Shown here piece by piece: positions 32,848 through 44,268 of a stretch of DNA of 64,000 nt. The notes below the pieces were generated by a model. That model worked only from the letters and a program-made list of their open reading frames with translations. It was not told where the DNA came from and ran no database searches. The stretch covers positions 6,386,001-6,450,000 of the forward strand of contig CM035359.1 of assembly GCA_020137815.1 (NCBI GenBank), written 5' to 3'. Source of the DNA: Hormiphora californensis. Lineage: Eukaryota > Animalia > Ctenophora. The first letter of the stretch is position 1, and every line of letters starts with the position of its first letter. The translations under genes and the position numbers were made by a program.

Positions 32848-34470
32848 TGGGCGAGAACACTTTCTCTGAACATGGAAACGGGAGCCTCGTCCTGGCTATC
32901 TGCCCGGCCCCTGGAAGTATTCAACAGAGAGCTGTCCAAATCAGAGTTCACGGACGCTTTGTGCCTCAGGTATGGTTTTGAGATCAACGGCCAGTTCTCT
33001 GAATGTGTATGTGGAAAACAGAACGGAGCAGACCATACCTTGAGTTGTAGCACTGGAGGATATACCATTCTGCGACACAACGAGATAAGAGATACCCTTG
33101 CAGATATTATTACCCATGCAGGATACAAGGGTGTTGAAATCGAGAAAGTGTTACAGCCGGTTAACCCAGGTGACTACCCCAAGAGTGTCAATACAGCACC
33201 TGATGCTCGCAGTGACGTATATGCTATTAGCTTATGGAGAATGTAGTATTCTGTGTAGTCACTGACTGGTAACCGTATAGCGGACCCGGGATCGTACCTG
33301 GTTAGCCGCGGTGAGTGAATGTAGTCGTAGAAGGTTGTAGTAACCAGGGGGTGTCGAGGTGATAGTCGGGGAGGGTGTCTTTGTTGTGATGGATACGAAC
33401 AAAGTAAAGAAACAAGTAGTTTCGGGGTTTGTTAACTAGTTTCAAACAATACAGTAGGTTTAGAATATAGAAGTGAATGGTTGGGGTTTGGCCACTGCCT
33501 TTTATACAATACTTGGCGTCTCGTGAGTTTTCGTCACGCCCCTATTACTTAGGGTGATCTGAGCATCCCGTAATAAGCTGGGATGGACAGTTCAGATATC
33601 GTGTATGTGTGCTTTTTCACAACCTCTCTCTATATCTTGGTCAGGTTATCTGTCGCCAGTTCAACAGGCGTGAGACAATCTGGCACAAGACATGAATTGT
33701 TCAATTAACACACGTCACTTCATATCTTTTTCGTTCAAGAGATACTATCTCAGGGAACTGGCATGTGTTCTCAACAGGGGGCCGGATTTACTTTATATCA
33801 CCGACCTGCTATTAAAAACACAATATATCTCAGACAACATCCTGCACACAGACAGATATAATGAGATGCACATATAGTACAAGAAGATTACAGGGAGCCC
33901 ACATAGACGTGGCAGTATTCCACCCAACAGCTCCGAGCTACAGAGATAAAGAACCCAGAGCTCTGTACAGACTCCACGAAAGCAGAAAGAAACGCGATTA
34001 CCAACAGCGTATCAGAGAGGCAGAGAGAGGAGCATTCACCCCGTTTGTTATGTCCACCTCAGGAGGTGCCGGACCAGAAGCTGAGAGACTCATTAAAAAA
34101 CTGGCTACTCGCTTCTCTGTTAAACACCATGACAAGTATCCAGAGACAATAAACTTCATCAGGACCAGGATCAGGTTCTGCCTGCTGAGAAGTACCCTGG
34201 TTTCTCTGAGGGGTACCAGAAAAAACTTCACAGCCCCTCCTCCCATCTCCATGTGCGATTTTGTTGACTGAACTTTTAATTTTATGATATCTTATATTTA
34301 TTGTTTATTCGTGTGATGGCGTGAATGAATTGAGATTATTGAAATAGCAATCCGACAATACCGGGTTCCGTGATGGATACGAGGGTACTCTCGACACTTC
34401 GGTGTTGTCCCACTTTGCAGGTTCACTCTGTAACCGATCGTGGTGTGCGTTTATTATCTGAGACCCCGGT
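32848..34470 (+). mobile_element. 5'-truncated CRE-like non-LTR retrotransposon (Zn knuckle + restriction-like endonuclease), split by a solo LTR
   Basis: ORF 32848-33241 joins in frame to 33886-34271 once the LTR is removed (…SLWR|RLQGAHIDV…). Motifs: ASSWL, EFTDALCLRYG, CVCG..H..SC, RHNEIRD, ARSD, IDV, HESRKKRDY, FTPFVMSTSGG.GPEA, LRGTR. Flanked by GTTCGAGTTCTA at 32835-32846 and 34471-34482. Confidence 0.85.
33242..33881 (-). mobile_element. Solo LTR (Gypsy-type, 640 bp)
   Basis: Termini TGTAGTAT...ATAGTACA with 4-bp TSD AGAA (33238-33241, 33882-33885). Removing it restores the CRE reading frame. Orientation is inferred only from a minus-strand TATAAAA near 33500. Confidence 0.85.
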
Positions 34471-34700
34471 GTTCGAGTTCTATGATTCCGACACAACACG
34501 TCTTATTTCAGACAGAAATGATATTAATCTTTTATATATGATAAACAATCTGACGCATGTATTTTAATCAATTTAATTTAATCTCAAGGACAGTTAAACC
34601 TGATTTTTATCAATTCATTGTGCAGAATTACAACCCGGCACAAAATTTGTGTCACAAATAGGGGCATTATGATGATACCGTCTCATTTTCCATGTAGCAG

Positions 34701-34799
34701 GTTCTTCTTCCTCTTCTTGGTGTTCAACGATGTTGGTGCGAACCTTGGCCAGGAGGCAATAGACAGATTTTTAGCGAGCCACCAGTGTTCAAGATTTTG
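34701..34799 (+). CDS. Isolated exon resembling the C-terminal end of an alpha-kinase domain
   Basis: cag|…|gtgagt exon reading FNDVGANLGQEAIDRFLASHQCSRF(TG). It resembles the alpha-kinase G.NLG..G...F...H.C...C zinc-binding motif. No flanking kinase exons were recognised. Confidence 0.5.
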
Positions 34800-34858
34800 G
34801 TGAGTAGTGTCTTTCTTGCTGTTGTATGAAAATAATGTTCGGTAAATCTACATAACTA

Positions 34859-35135
34859 CAGGGTATCCCATTAATTAATTATTAACTTAACACTAACTAA
34901 TTAACTAAACACCTATAACTTTGGATACTTTGCCAACGGTTATTGCTCGAGAATCCTCATAGTATAAAATAGCCTCATTGCTATCGAAATTACAACGGTT
35001 GCTAAGATAATAGAAACTCGAGACCGGTCCTAACTAAAACTTATGAGGATTCTCGAGCAAGAACCGTTGACAGAACTCAAATCCAACCAATATTATTGGG
35101 TTTTAGTTTTGGCACACAATTAATGGGACACCCTG
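34859..35135. mobile_element. Tc1/mariner-type MITE
   Basis: TA|CAGGGTATCCCATTAATT…AATTAATGGGACACCCTG|TA. Confidence 0.8.
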
Positions 35136-36353
35136 TATAATGTAATATATACAAGAGCATCACTCTTTAGCCTAGGAAGTCTGTACAGGCAAAACCCGAT
35201 TTCGCCACACCCCGATTCAAAGACAAAAGTCTTTCCCCCGAGGAGGTTGCCAAATCGGGGTCAGACTGTATTAATAATGCGTGTTACACTCAAATACAAT
35301 TTCAGTGTGTACAAAGAAACTGCAACAGATACATTGATAACCCTGTCTTAGAGTTAAACTGAAAATGAAGTGAATGCTATCGGACTTCAAATGCCACTAC
35401 TATTATATTTTGAGGTGGGTCTCAAGGAGTAATAATAGCATATGCTAATATTCCAGTATACTGTAGCAGTACTTGCCTAATGTTCGCTGCAATGTGACAC
35501 TGTACACTGTACAGTTTACAGTGTACAGTGTACAGTGTATTAATACTGTATCTGTGTACTTATCATTGTAAGACTGCAGTACACTGTTGAATTGAAAATT
35601 AGGTCCACTTAGCAACTCCTACTGTTAAAGTTTAAGAGTACATAATTTACCAATTCCATTTTGAATTCACTAAACTCGGTTACCTTTCCAGGCATGAGTC
35701 CATTGATTACAGATTAACACATATTACTAATTGCTGAAGTCATATCCTGATATCCTGGCCATCCCTGTCCTGAGCGTGCGTGTGGTGGAGGAACCTACCT
35801 TCCTCTTTGTGAGCCATGTGGAGAGTGTGGATCTGATTTATACCCAGCTGAATGATGTAAGTTGGTTGCAATGGTGAGACGCACCTCCAACCCTTGAGCC
35901 ACCTTCGAGTGATTCGTGTCAGATGACAGGTCACCGATGTAACTTCATGTTTCTTCGTGGGGATTGGGGGGCTGCTCTCCTAGTGCTGCAGCGATATCAC
36001 TTGAGATTATAGTCCCCTGTTATGTGGGCTTGCCGTTGGCAAGCCCAGGCACTCGTAGTAGTAGTAGTATGGTGACGACACCGACTAACCCACGTCCTAT
36101 TTACAGAACACTGAGCTGATCATAGAGCTGACAGGACCCCAGAAGAGCTAGTTACAGTTGACCAGACCCCAAAAGTGCTTGGCTCTATGGATTTATATCC
36201 TTTACCGTGCTAACATCATCAGTCATGAGTTAGTGGGAATATAACAGCCCTATATTAGGGTCAAAGGTCTACTTACCTGCCCATTTTGTGTACAATCCAC
36301 TCTATTTTTATCTTTCTCTGATCACTATTTCAATCAATCTTTCCCTCTCCACA

Positions 36354-36860
36354 GTGGCAAGACAGCCGACTATAGCAACAGAAACAGGATTCCTCTGGAT
36401 AAACTATGATCATGTGACAGCACCAGCACAGGCCATCCCCTCAAGGTACGTGGCTCCATCCAGATCTATTCACAACTGGTTTTATACACAAGTATATAAG
36501 TAATATTCTATTCCTTTCAGAGGGATGTTATCAAGTTCGCTTCGCTCTCTCCCATTTATAGCCGGAACATTCTAGTTGTGACTGATTCCAGTGCTGATCA
36601 TCAGGACTCAGGTAAGAAAATATTAGGTGCCTTAGGTGCTGATGATTTTATATCTGATAGATCTTATATTTGATTTTATATCTGATAGATACCACCACAC
36701 ACATCAACTAACCCTCACCCTCTCCTACAGGCAGCGAGATCCTCCAAATATGTGGCTCCTGTCCAGTGGAACATCATGCACGATATGTTCCTTGGTTCTT
36801 TTACCGAAACCGAGGAAAAGGACGGAGAGGCAATTCCCATTGAACCTGATTGAGAAGTAC
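36354..36860 (+). other. Three exon-like segments of unknown origin inside the IS3EU-like element (36354-36444, 36521-36611, 36731-~36860)
   Basis: Good polypyrimidine-AG acceptors, GTACGT/GTAAGA donors and short introns. The phases do not give one clean ORF and no domain was recognised. Confidence 0.3.
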
Positions 36861-39800
36861 CTGCCACCATGATGCTTCGATGTTCCGTGCCAGGATTGGA
36901 CAAATATTTGGACAGTACAGTCTTACTCTTTCAGTGTAATAGGAAAAATTTTATTTACCTCAACTGCCGAATAATTAACTGTTTTAATGTCTAATGTACA
37001 ACTGAGATGAGATATCAACACCCGGCCCAGATATCTCATATCAGAGTTTGGTATGATGGAAAAACGTGAGTGTAGAACTTTTGGCGGTATAGCACGTGGG
37101 TAACAAGAGCGCGCGGACATTGTAATGATGAAAGCATGCGTTGTAAGCAGTGCGCACGCGCGCGCACTTGGCGTGGATCAGCCATGGGGTGGCTGATTCA
37201 CGCCAATGTTTTTTTGTGAAACGTTGGCGGAGATCAGCCATGGCTGGTGGCTGATTCACGCCAAAAAAGTTTGTGTGTGTTTTTTTTCATTGAAATTTTT
37301 CTTCGTAATTTTTCTTTGATATTTTTTCATCGAAAAAAAAGTTGGCGTGAATCAGCCACCGTACACTATACATTTGACATGTCGCGTTGGATGAGGAGAT
37401 CCCATTGTTCTCCTCATTTCCCGCGCAGTTGTTCCTTTGTTCTCTTCAGACATGATCATTGATCAGATGTGTTGCGTTGTCCTCTCCTTGCTCTTTGTCC
37501 CTGTGCGACTGTGCGAGCCCACTATATCTCTGAAAAGACGTAGCAGGTATGAAAATCGTTCTGATTCTGTCTGGCATCGCCGATCCGATCTGAGCATACT
37601 GTCAAAATGGGTTCTGGCGCCGCCAGAAAGTTCTAATTTGGAACTTTAACACAATTTTTCAACACAAACATTTTTCAACACAAACATGGCGAGTGACGAC
37701 AGTCTCTTGCTAAAAACAGGGCAACTCGAATGTTGTTTTTTCGGTTTTGGATAGGATAATTGTCACTGCTTCGGCCGTCGACCTCATAAATACCTGTTGG
37801 TAACAATCTTAACCCTTTCAGGCAGGAGTACCTGTGGCTATCGAGGTGGCTCTAAAGACGGAAGTTATTACGTTATGCCGTGAATTCCACAGTCAAGTGT
37901 CAACGGTGTGTTCGGTGGTCCACCCCTCTGCTGTATCCCAATGAACAACCATTATTACCAGGTAACAAGAAAGAACATGTTTATTTGTCTCGTGTTCACT
38001 CTCACCCTGTAATGTGAGCCATAGAAAGTATGGAGAGGGTGGAGAGAGAATGGAGTGAGAAAAATGGAGAGCTGAGATGGTGGAGAGAGAATGGAGGATG
38101 GATTTATTTTGTAAATTTGTAACCCTCCCCTCGATTTCTTGATTCTCGGGCGAATTCTAACCCTCACTCCTACCCCAGGCATTTTACTGATATCGGGCTG
38201 GCTAATGTTGGATTCAGTTTCAAACCTCTATCGATTACAGTATTCTTCATATTTGGTAAGAAAACGCTCTCATTTATAACAATTATTGGGGTGTGCACAG
38301 ACTGACCAAACTTGGTCATTTGACCAAGCTTGGAGAGTAAAAACTGAAACTAATTGATTACATAATGACCCCATTTACAACTTTTCAATTGGAAATGATA
38401 GATGCATATGTGAGGGCACTTTTCCGACTAATTAAGATACGCTGAATCACGTAAGCAATTTTTCCAGAGGTCGATAAAGTGCCCCAATGGAGTATAATTG
38501 GGTCTAATTGGCCTTAGTTGTTGAATTAAGGTACTTTCCCGACCTTTGAGGGATTTTAAAGGTTGCTTACGTGATTCACCGTATCAGAATTAGTCGGAAA
38601 AGTGCCCTCGCATAAGCATCTATTTTTTCTAGGCGAAAAGCTGCAAATGGGGTCATTAAGACCAAATTATACTAAATTAGGACACTTTTCCGATCTCGGC
38701 CGGATTGGAAAAGTTGCTTACGTGATTCAGCGTATCAAAATTAGTCGGGTTTAGTGGTTTTCGATATCTTATGAATTAGTTTCAGTTTTTACTCTCCAAG
38801 CTTGGTCAAATGACCAAGTTTGGTCAGTCTGTGCGAATTGGTCAAAATCTTGCCCGCATATGGGCATGGTCAAGCTTGGGGAGTCTGTGCACGCCCTTGG
38901 CCGAATGCTACTGCCTACCCTATTATCAAACTCACTGGTCCTTCCTCTTTTCCTGTCCTTGTGTTAGTCGTAAAATTATCACAGTGAAATACAGGGTGGG
39001 CCAGAATCACAGATCCACTTGGATTCAAGAATTGGAAAAATACAATCCTCTCCGTTTTACGAATCCAAATTTCAACGTGTTAACATGTCAGTTGACAGGT
39101 TGATAATTGTTAGGAAAAGGTGATCGCAATCCTCAGGGACACTTTCTCCACTTTTTCTAATCAGTAGACCGTGAAAATTACACAGTAGATAGGAGAACGA
39201 AACAATAGTTATCACAAAGTGGCTCCATCTTTCTGAACCACCCTGTAGTTATGTTTTGAACGGTAAGCGGTAAGGGTTGCCTTGATTTGGACACAATTTT
39301 TTACAGTTTTGGTCATAACTCCTCCATTTCTTGGCCAAATTGTAGAATCTTGGGCCCAAGATTTTATAATTTGGCCTAGAAATGGATGGGTTATGACCAA
39401 AACTGTAAAAATTGTGTCCAAATTAAGGCAAAACTTACCGCTCACCGCTCAGAATAGGTAGGGTGCTTTATTACAAGTGATATCATTCTCCCCCCCCCCT
39501 CTCTCTGCCCCTTTATCTTCTCATTACTCTCACAAACAATTAATTCTCTCAGGAAAGATCATGACAGGGCATATGACGTTGGGTTTTGGTGTAGCAATAT
39601 CTGGATTTAAAGGCCGTGAGAGAAGATTGAAGAGGGCATCTAATCCTGGAGTTGGAACTGGGGAAGAGTTTCTTAAACTTATCAGTATAACAGAGAGGTG
39701 CAGGTGTGAAAATTTGGACTCTACTGTTTACAGGGAGTGATTAACCGATATGATGCTTTGTAGTGTCTATATCCGGAATCTTGTATGTGGTAAGGTTGAG

Positions 39801-40039
39801 GGTGTTTAAAACGATTTGTTATTGTTATTGTTATATTGGGAACTCTTTTTTAAAAACAGACAAAGAAAAAGGGGGGGGGAACAGCAAAAACACGAGAGCG
39901 AAAGCGAGAAGAGAGGCCGAGCGGCGGAGAGGCCCGGCGAGCAGACGCGCCCTTTTGCGCCGGTCGCTCCCCCTTTTTCCCGAGCTCTCCTGCGTCTGGC
40001 GTTTCCCCTACGATTTGAAACAAACTCTCTCTCTCTCTC

Positions 40040-40085
<46 letters not shown>

Positions 40086-40583
40086 GTCTCTCTCTCTAGT
40101 CTCTCTCTCACGATCACGCCACACTTTATCTGAAAAATATATTATTTGATCGCTAATTGTGTACAATGTTACAGCTGCAGCTGTTGTGTGTACAAGGGTC
40201 GGCACTAGAATGTTGATCGTACAACTCCTAACACATGACAGTAACGTGACTTCATTATACCATATTTGGTCATCACCTGATGTTTTTTATCCATTCCCGC
40301 CACTTACTTTGTGGAACCGGCCGCGCGACAACTGCGCGCGACAAAGACTACGACGAAGGGTTCTTCGCGCGAAATAAAAATAATTCCGACGCGCAAATCA
40401 AAATTGCGCGGCTTTTTAAAAAACGACACTCATTTAAAATTCGATTTAAAGTCCGATTTTTATAAAGCGAACCGCAAAAAATTCCCACGCACCGTGGGAA
40501 AGTTTTTTGTCGGTTGTTTCGATCATATCTCTGGCTCCTGATAAGATAAAGACTTGATCCTGATTGCGTTGGAAAGAGAAAAA

Positions 40584-41453
40584 GGTAAGTCGGAAGAACC
40601 TGTCCGTTCCTCTCATGAGCGCTCATGAGTGTATCATGAGTGTGTCATGAGTGTATCATGAGTGTATCATGAGCGCTCATGAGACGTTTTTAGGTGTTTC
40701 AACGTCTCATGAGCGCTCATGAGTGTATCATGAGTGTGTCATGAGTGTATCATGAGCGCTCATGAGTGCTCATGAGACCTTGCTCATGAGCGCTCATGAG
40801 ACATATGTCTCATCCCATCTCTGTTTCAATGTCTCATGAGCGCTCATGAGACGTTTTGACCTACATGTGCTCATGAGTGTATCATGAGACATGTCTCATG
40901 AGACATATGTCTCATGAGACGTTAGGGTTAGGGTTAGGGTTGGGTTTACGGTTGGGCTAGGGTTAGGGTTATCCTTTAGGTCTAGGGACCCGTAGGGATA
41001 GGGTTAGGATTGACCCATAGGCTTGGACCTAGCCCTACCCTCTACGGGTCCCTAGACCTAAAGGAAAGCCCTAAACCTAGCCCAACCCTAAACCCAACCA
41101 TAACCCTAACCCTAACGTCTCATGAGACATATGTCTCATGAGACATGTCTCATGATACACTCATGAGCACATGTAGGTCAAAACGTCTCATGAGCGCTCA
41201 TGAGACATTGAAACAGAGATGGGATGAGACATATGTCTCATGAGCGCTCATGAGCAAGGTCTCATGAGCACTCATGAGCGCTCATGATACACTCATGACA
41301 CACTCATGATACACTCATGAGCGCTCATGAGACGTTGAAACACCTAAAAACGTCTCATGAGCGCTCATGATACACTCATGATACACTCATGACACACTCA
41401 TGATACACTCATGAGCGCTCATGAGAGGAACGGACAGGTTCTTCCGACTTACC
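40584..41453. mobile_element. 870-bp near-perfect palindromic (foldback) element with TCATGA micro-repeats and central head-to-head TTAGGG/CCCTAA tracts
   Basis: GGTAAGTCGGAAGAACCTGTCC…GGACAGGTTCTTCCGACTTACC. Arms are ~425 bp. Telomere-like tracts at 40921-40970 and ~41069-41116. No matching TSD. Confidence 0.8.
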
Positions 41454-42927
41454 TTATTACCAGGTAACAAGAAAGAACATGTTTATTTGTCTCATGTTCC
41501 TGACTAATTATTCTTATTTATTGCTGACACTAGGTACATGATGCATGCATATGCATAGGGCCTAGCCCTTTGTTCAATCTCACCCTGTGATGTGAGCCAT
41601 AGAAAGTATGAAGAGGGTGGAGAGAGTGGAGAGAGAAAAATGGAGGGTGGAGTCTGGAGAGAGTCTGGAGAGAGAAAAGTGGAGAGCTGAGAGGGTGGAG
41701 AGAGAATGGGGTGAGAAAAATGGAGAGCTGAGAGAGAGAGAGAGAGAATAGAGAGAGAAAAATGGAGAGCTGAGATGGTGGAGAGAGAATGGAGGATGGA
41801 TTTATTTTGTAAATTTGTAACCCTCCCCTCGATTTCTTGATTCTCGGGTGAATTCTAACCCTCACTCCTTCCCCAGGCATTTCACTGATATTGGGATGGT
41901 TAACGTTGGATTCAGTTTCAAACCCCTCTATCGATTACAGTATTCTTCATATTTGGTAAGAAAACGCTCTCATTTATAACAGTTATTGGGGTGTGCACAG
42001 ACTGCCCAAGCTTGACCATGGCCATATGTGGGCAAGATTTTGACCAAGTCGCACAGACTGACCAAACTTGGTCTTTTTACGAAGCTTGGAGAGTAAAAAC
42101 TGAAACTAATTCATTACATGATGACCCCATTTACAACTTTTCACCTGGAAATGATAGATGCTTATGTGAGGGCACTTTTTCGACTAATTAAGATACGCTG
42201 AATCACGTAAGCAATTTTTCCAGAGGTCGATAAAGTGCCCCAATGGAGTATAATTGGGTCTAATTGGCCTTAATTGTTGAATTAAGGTACTTTCCCGACC
42301 TCTGAGGGATTGTAAAGGTGATTAGAAAGGTGATCGCAATCCTCAGGGACACTTTCTCCACTTTTTCTAATCAGTAGACCGTGAAAATTACACAGTAGAT
42401 AGGAGAACGAAACAATAGTTATCACAAAGTGGCTCCATCTTTCTGAACCACCCTGTAGTTATGTTTTGAACGGTAAGGGTTACCTTGATTTGGACACAAT
42501 TTTTTACAGTTTTGGTCATAACTCATCTATTTCTTGGCCAAATTGCAGAATGTTGGGGCCAGGATTTTGCAATTTGGCCTAGAAATGGATGAGTTATGAC
42601 CAAAACTGTAAAAAATTGTGTCCAAATCAAGGCAACACTTATCGCTTACCGTTCAGAAGAGGTGGGGTGGTGCACTACAAGACGGAGTGATATCATTCCC
42701 CAACCCCCCCCCCCCCCCCCCCGGCCCACCCTCTCTCCCCTTGATCTTCTCTATTCCTTTCACAACAAATTTAATCTCCCAGGAAAGAACATGACAGACT
42801 ATCACTTGGACGTGTAGCAATATCTGGATTTAAAGGCCGTGAGAGAAGATTGAAGAGGGCATCTGATCCTGGAAGATGGAGCAGGGAAAAGTTTCTTAAA
42901 CTTGTAAACAGTATAACAGTATAACAG

Positions 42928-43112
42928 ATTTTTTTGGAAAGCCGGGTTGACCGGTTCAACTTTATATAAGAAATAAATCAGGTTACACAATCACTATATA
43001 CACATTAAGTTGGTCATTAGGACTATAAAAGTAATAAGTTAGATTATAAGGTTAAAATCATTGTCATAAGAATTAAATCGGGTAAAACAGTTTCCTCTGT
43101 ACCCCCTTATTG
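42928..43112 (-). mobile_element. 185-bp retroposed insertion
   Basis: Flanked by ATAACAGTATAACAG (42913-42927, 43113-43127), starts with a T-run, and is absent from the paralogous segment (~39681-39698). Confidence 0.6.
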
Positions 43113-43389
43113 ATAACAGTATAACAGAGAGGTACAGGTGTGAACTTTGTGACTCTACTGTTTACAGGGAGTGATTAACCGCTATCAGATATGATGCTTT
43201 TTTAGTGTTCTATTGTCCCGGAATCTTGTATGCGTAGGGTCTGAGCGTGTGTATAAATCGATTTGTTATTGTTATTGTGAACTCTTTTATACCGAAATCA
43301 GTTTAAACACATACAAAGAAAATTGTCGTTGAATCATCGAAACCATCGATATCTCACTATCTATTCCTGTATTTCTTCATCTCTCTTCA

Positions 43390-43461
<72 letters not shown>

Positions 43462-43498
43462 CCCTCTCTCTCGATCTCTCTCTGTCTCCTCTCTTCTC

Positions 43499-43540
<42 letters not shown>

Positions 43541-43664
43541 TCTCACACACACATCACGTTATCTGAAAAATGGGTTATTTGATCGCTGATTGTGTACAAT
43601 AATACAACTGCAGCTCATGTGTGTACAAGGGTCTGCACTAGAACGTAGATCGTGCAACTCCTAA

Positions 43665-44268
43665 GGCTATAAGCATACTGATCGTGATGATCATAATCAG
43701 GTCAGTGTGCGGACGTTTTGATGGTCACCATCAAAGGAGCGCACACACTGATGGTTATCATCATGATGGAGGCTTGATGCATCATGATGTTCTCAAACCA
43801 TAGTGTGTTCACGTTTGATCATCATGAACCATAGTGTGCTCACGTTTGATCATCATAAACCATGCTCAACTTGCTGGAACTTGCCTTTTGATCATGATCA
43901 TCATGACCAGTGTGCTCAGCATGATGATGCTATCTCCCGGGAGCTCCCCCTTGCCTAGTCGCGCGCTCTGAGAGGCTGTTGCATATCACGTGACCTGTAC
44001 AACAGCCTCTCGCGCGCGCGAAGTCGTACCACGTGGTACATATCACATGACTACAGTGCAGCCCTCCACAAGAATAAGATCAAAACCTGCGCACACTAGG
44101 TGTTGATGATCATCATCCAACTTAAGAGACGGCTCCAGGGCCAGCTCTTACGTGATGATCATAATGTTCCGCACACTGTAGTTTTTTGCAGATGATGATG
44201 ATCAAAACCATGAGCACACTTCATCTTTTTAACTGATTATGATCATCACGATCAGTATGCTTATAGCC
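43665..44268. mobile_element. PIF/Harbinger-type MITE (604 bp)
   Basis: TAA|GGCTATAAGCATACTGATCGTGATGATCATAATCAG…CTGATTATGATCATCACGATCAGTATGCTTATAGCC|TAA. The paralogous empty site CTCC-TAA-CACATG is at 40225-40237. Confidence 0.9.

Larger units (their letters stand above)
32414..37363. mobile_element. IS3EU-like non-autonomous DNA transposon (4950 bp) with ~205-bp TIRs and cargo
   Basis: Termini TACGGTGGCTG...CAGCCACCGTA. Near-identical inverted arms at 32414-32620 and ~37156-37363 contain TGGCTGATTCACGCCAA subrepeats. A perfect 6-bp TSD CACTAT lies at 32408-32413 and 37364-37369. TAY..RTA ends with a 6-bp TSD are the described IS3EU signature. Confidence 0.75.

Noticed and set aside
40921-41116. 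True telomere-telomere chromosome fusion site
   Set aside because: The tracts are short, degenerate and embedded symmetrically in a foldback element, so a TE origin is more parsimonious.
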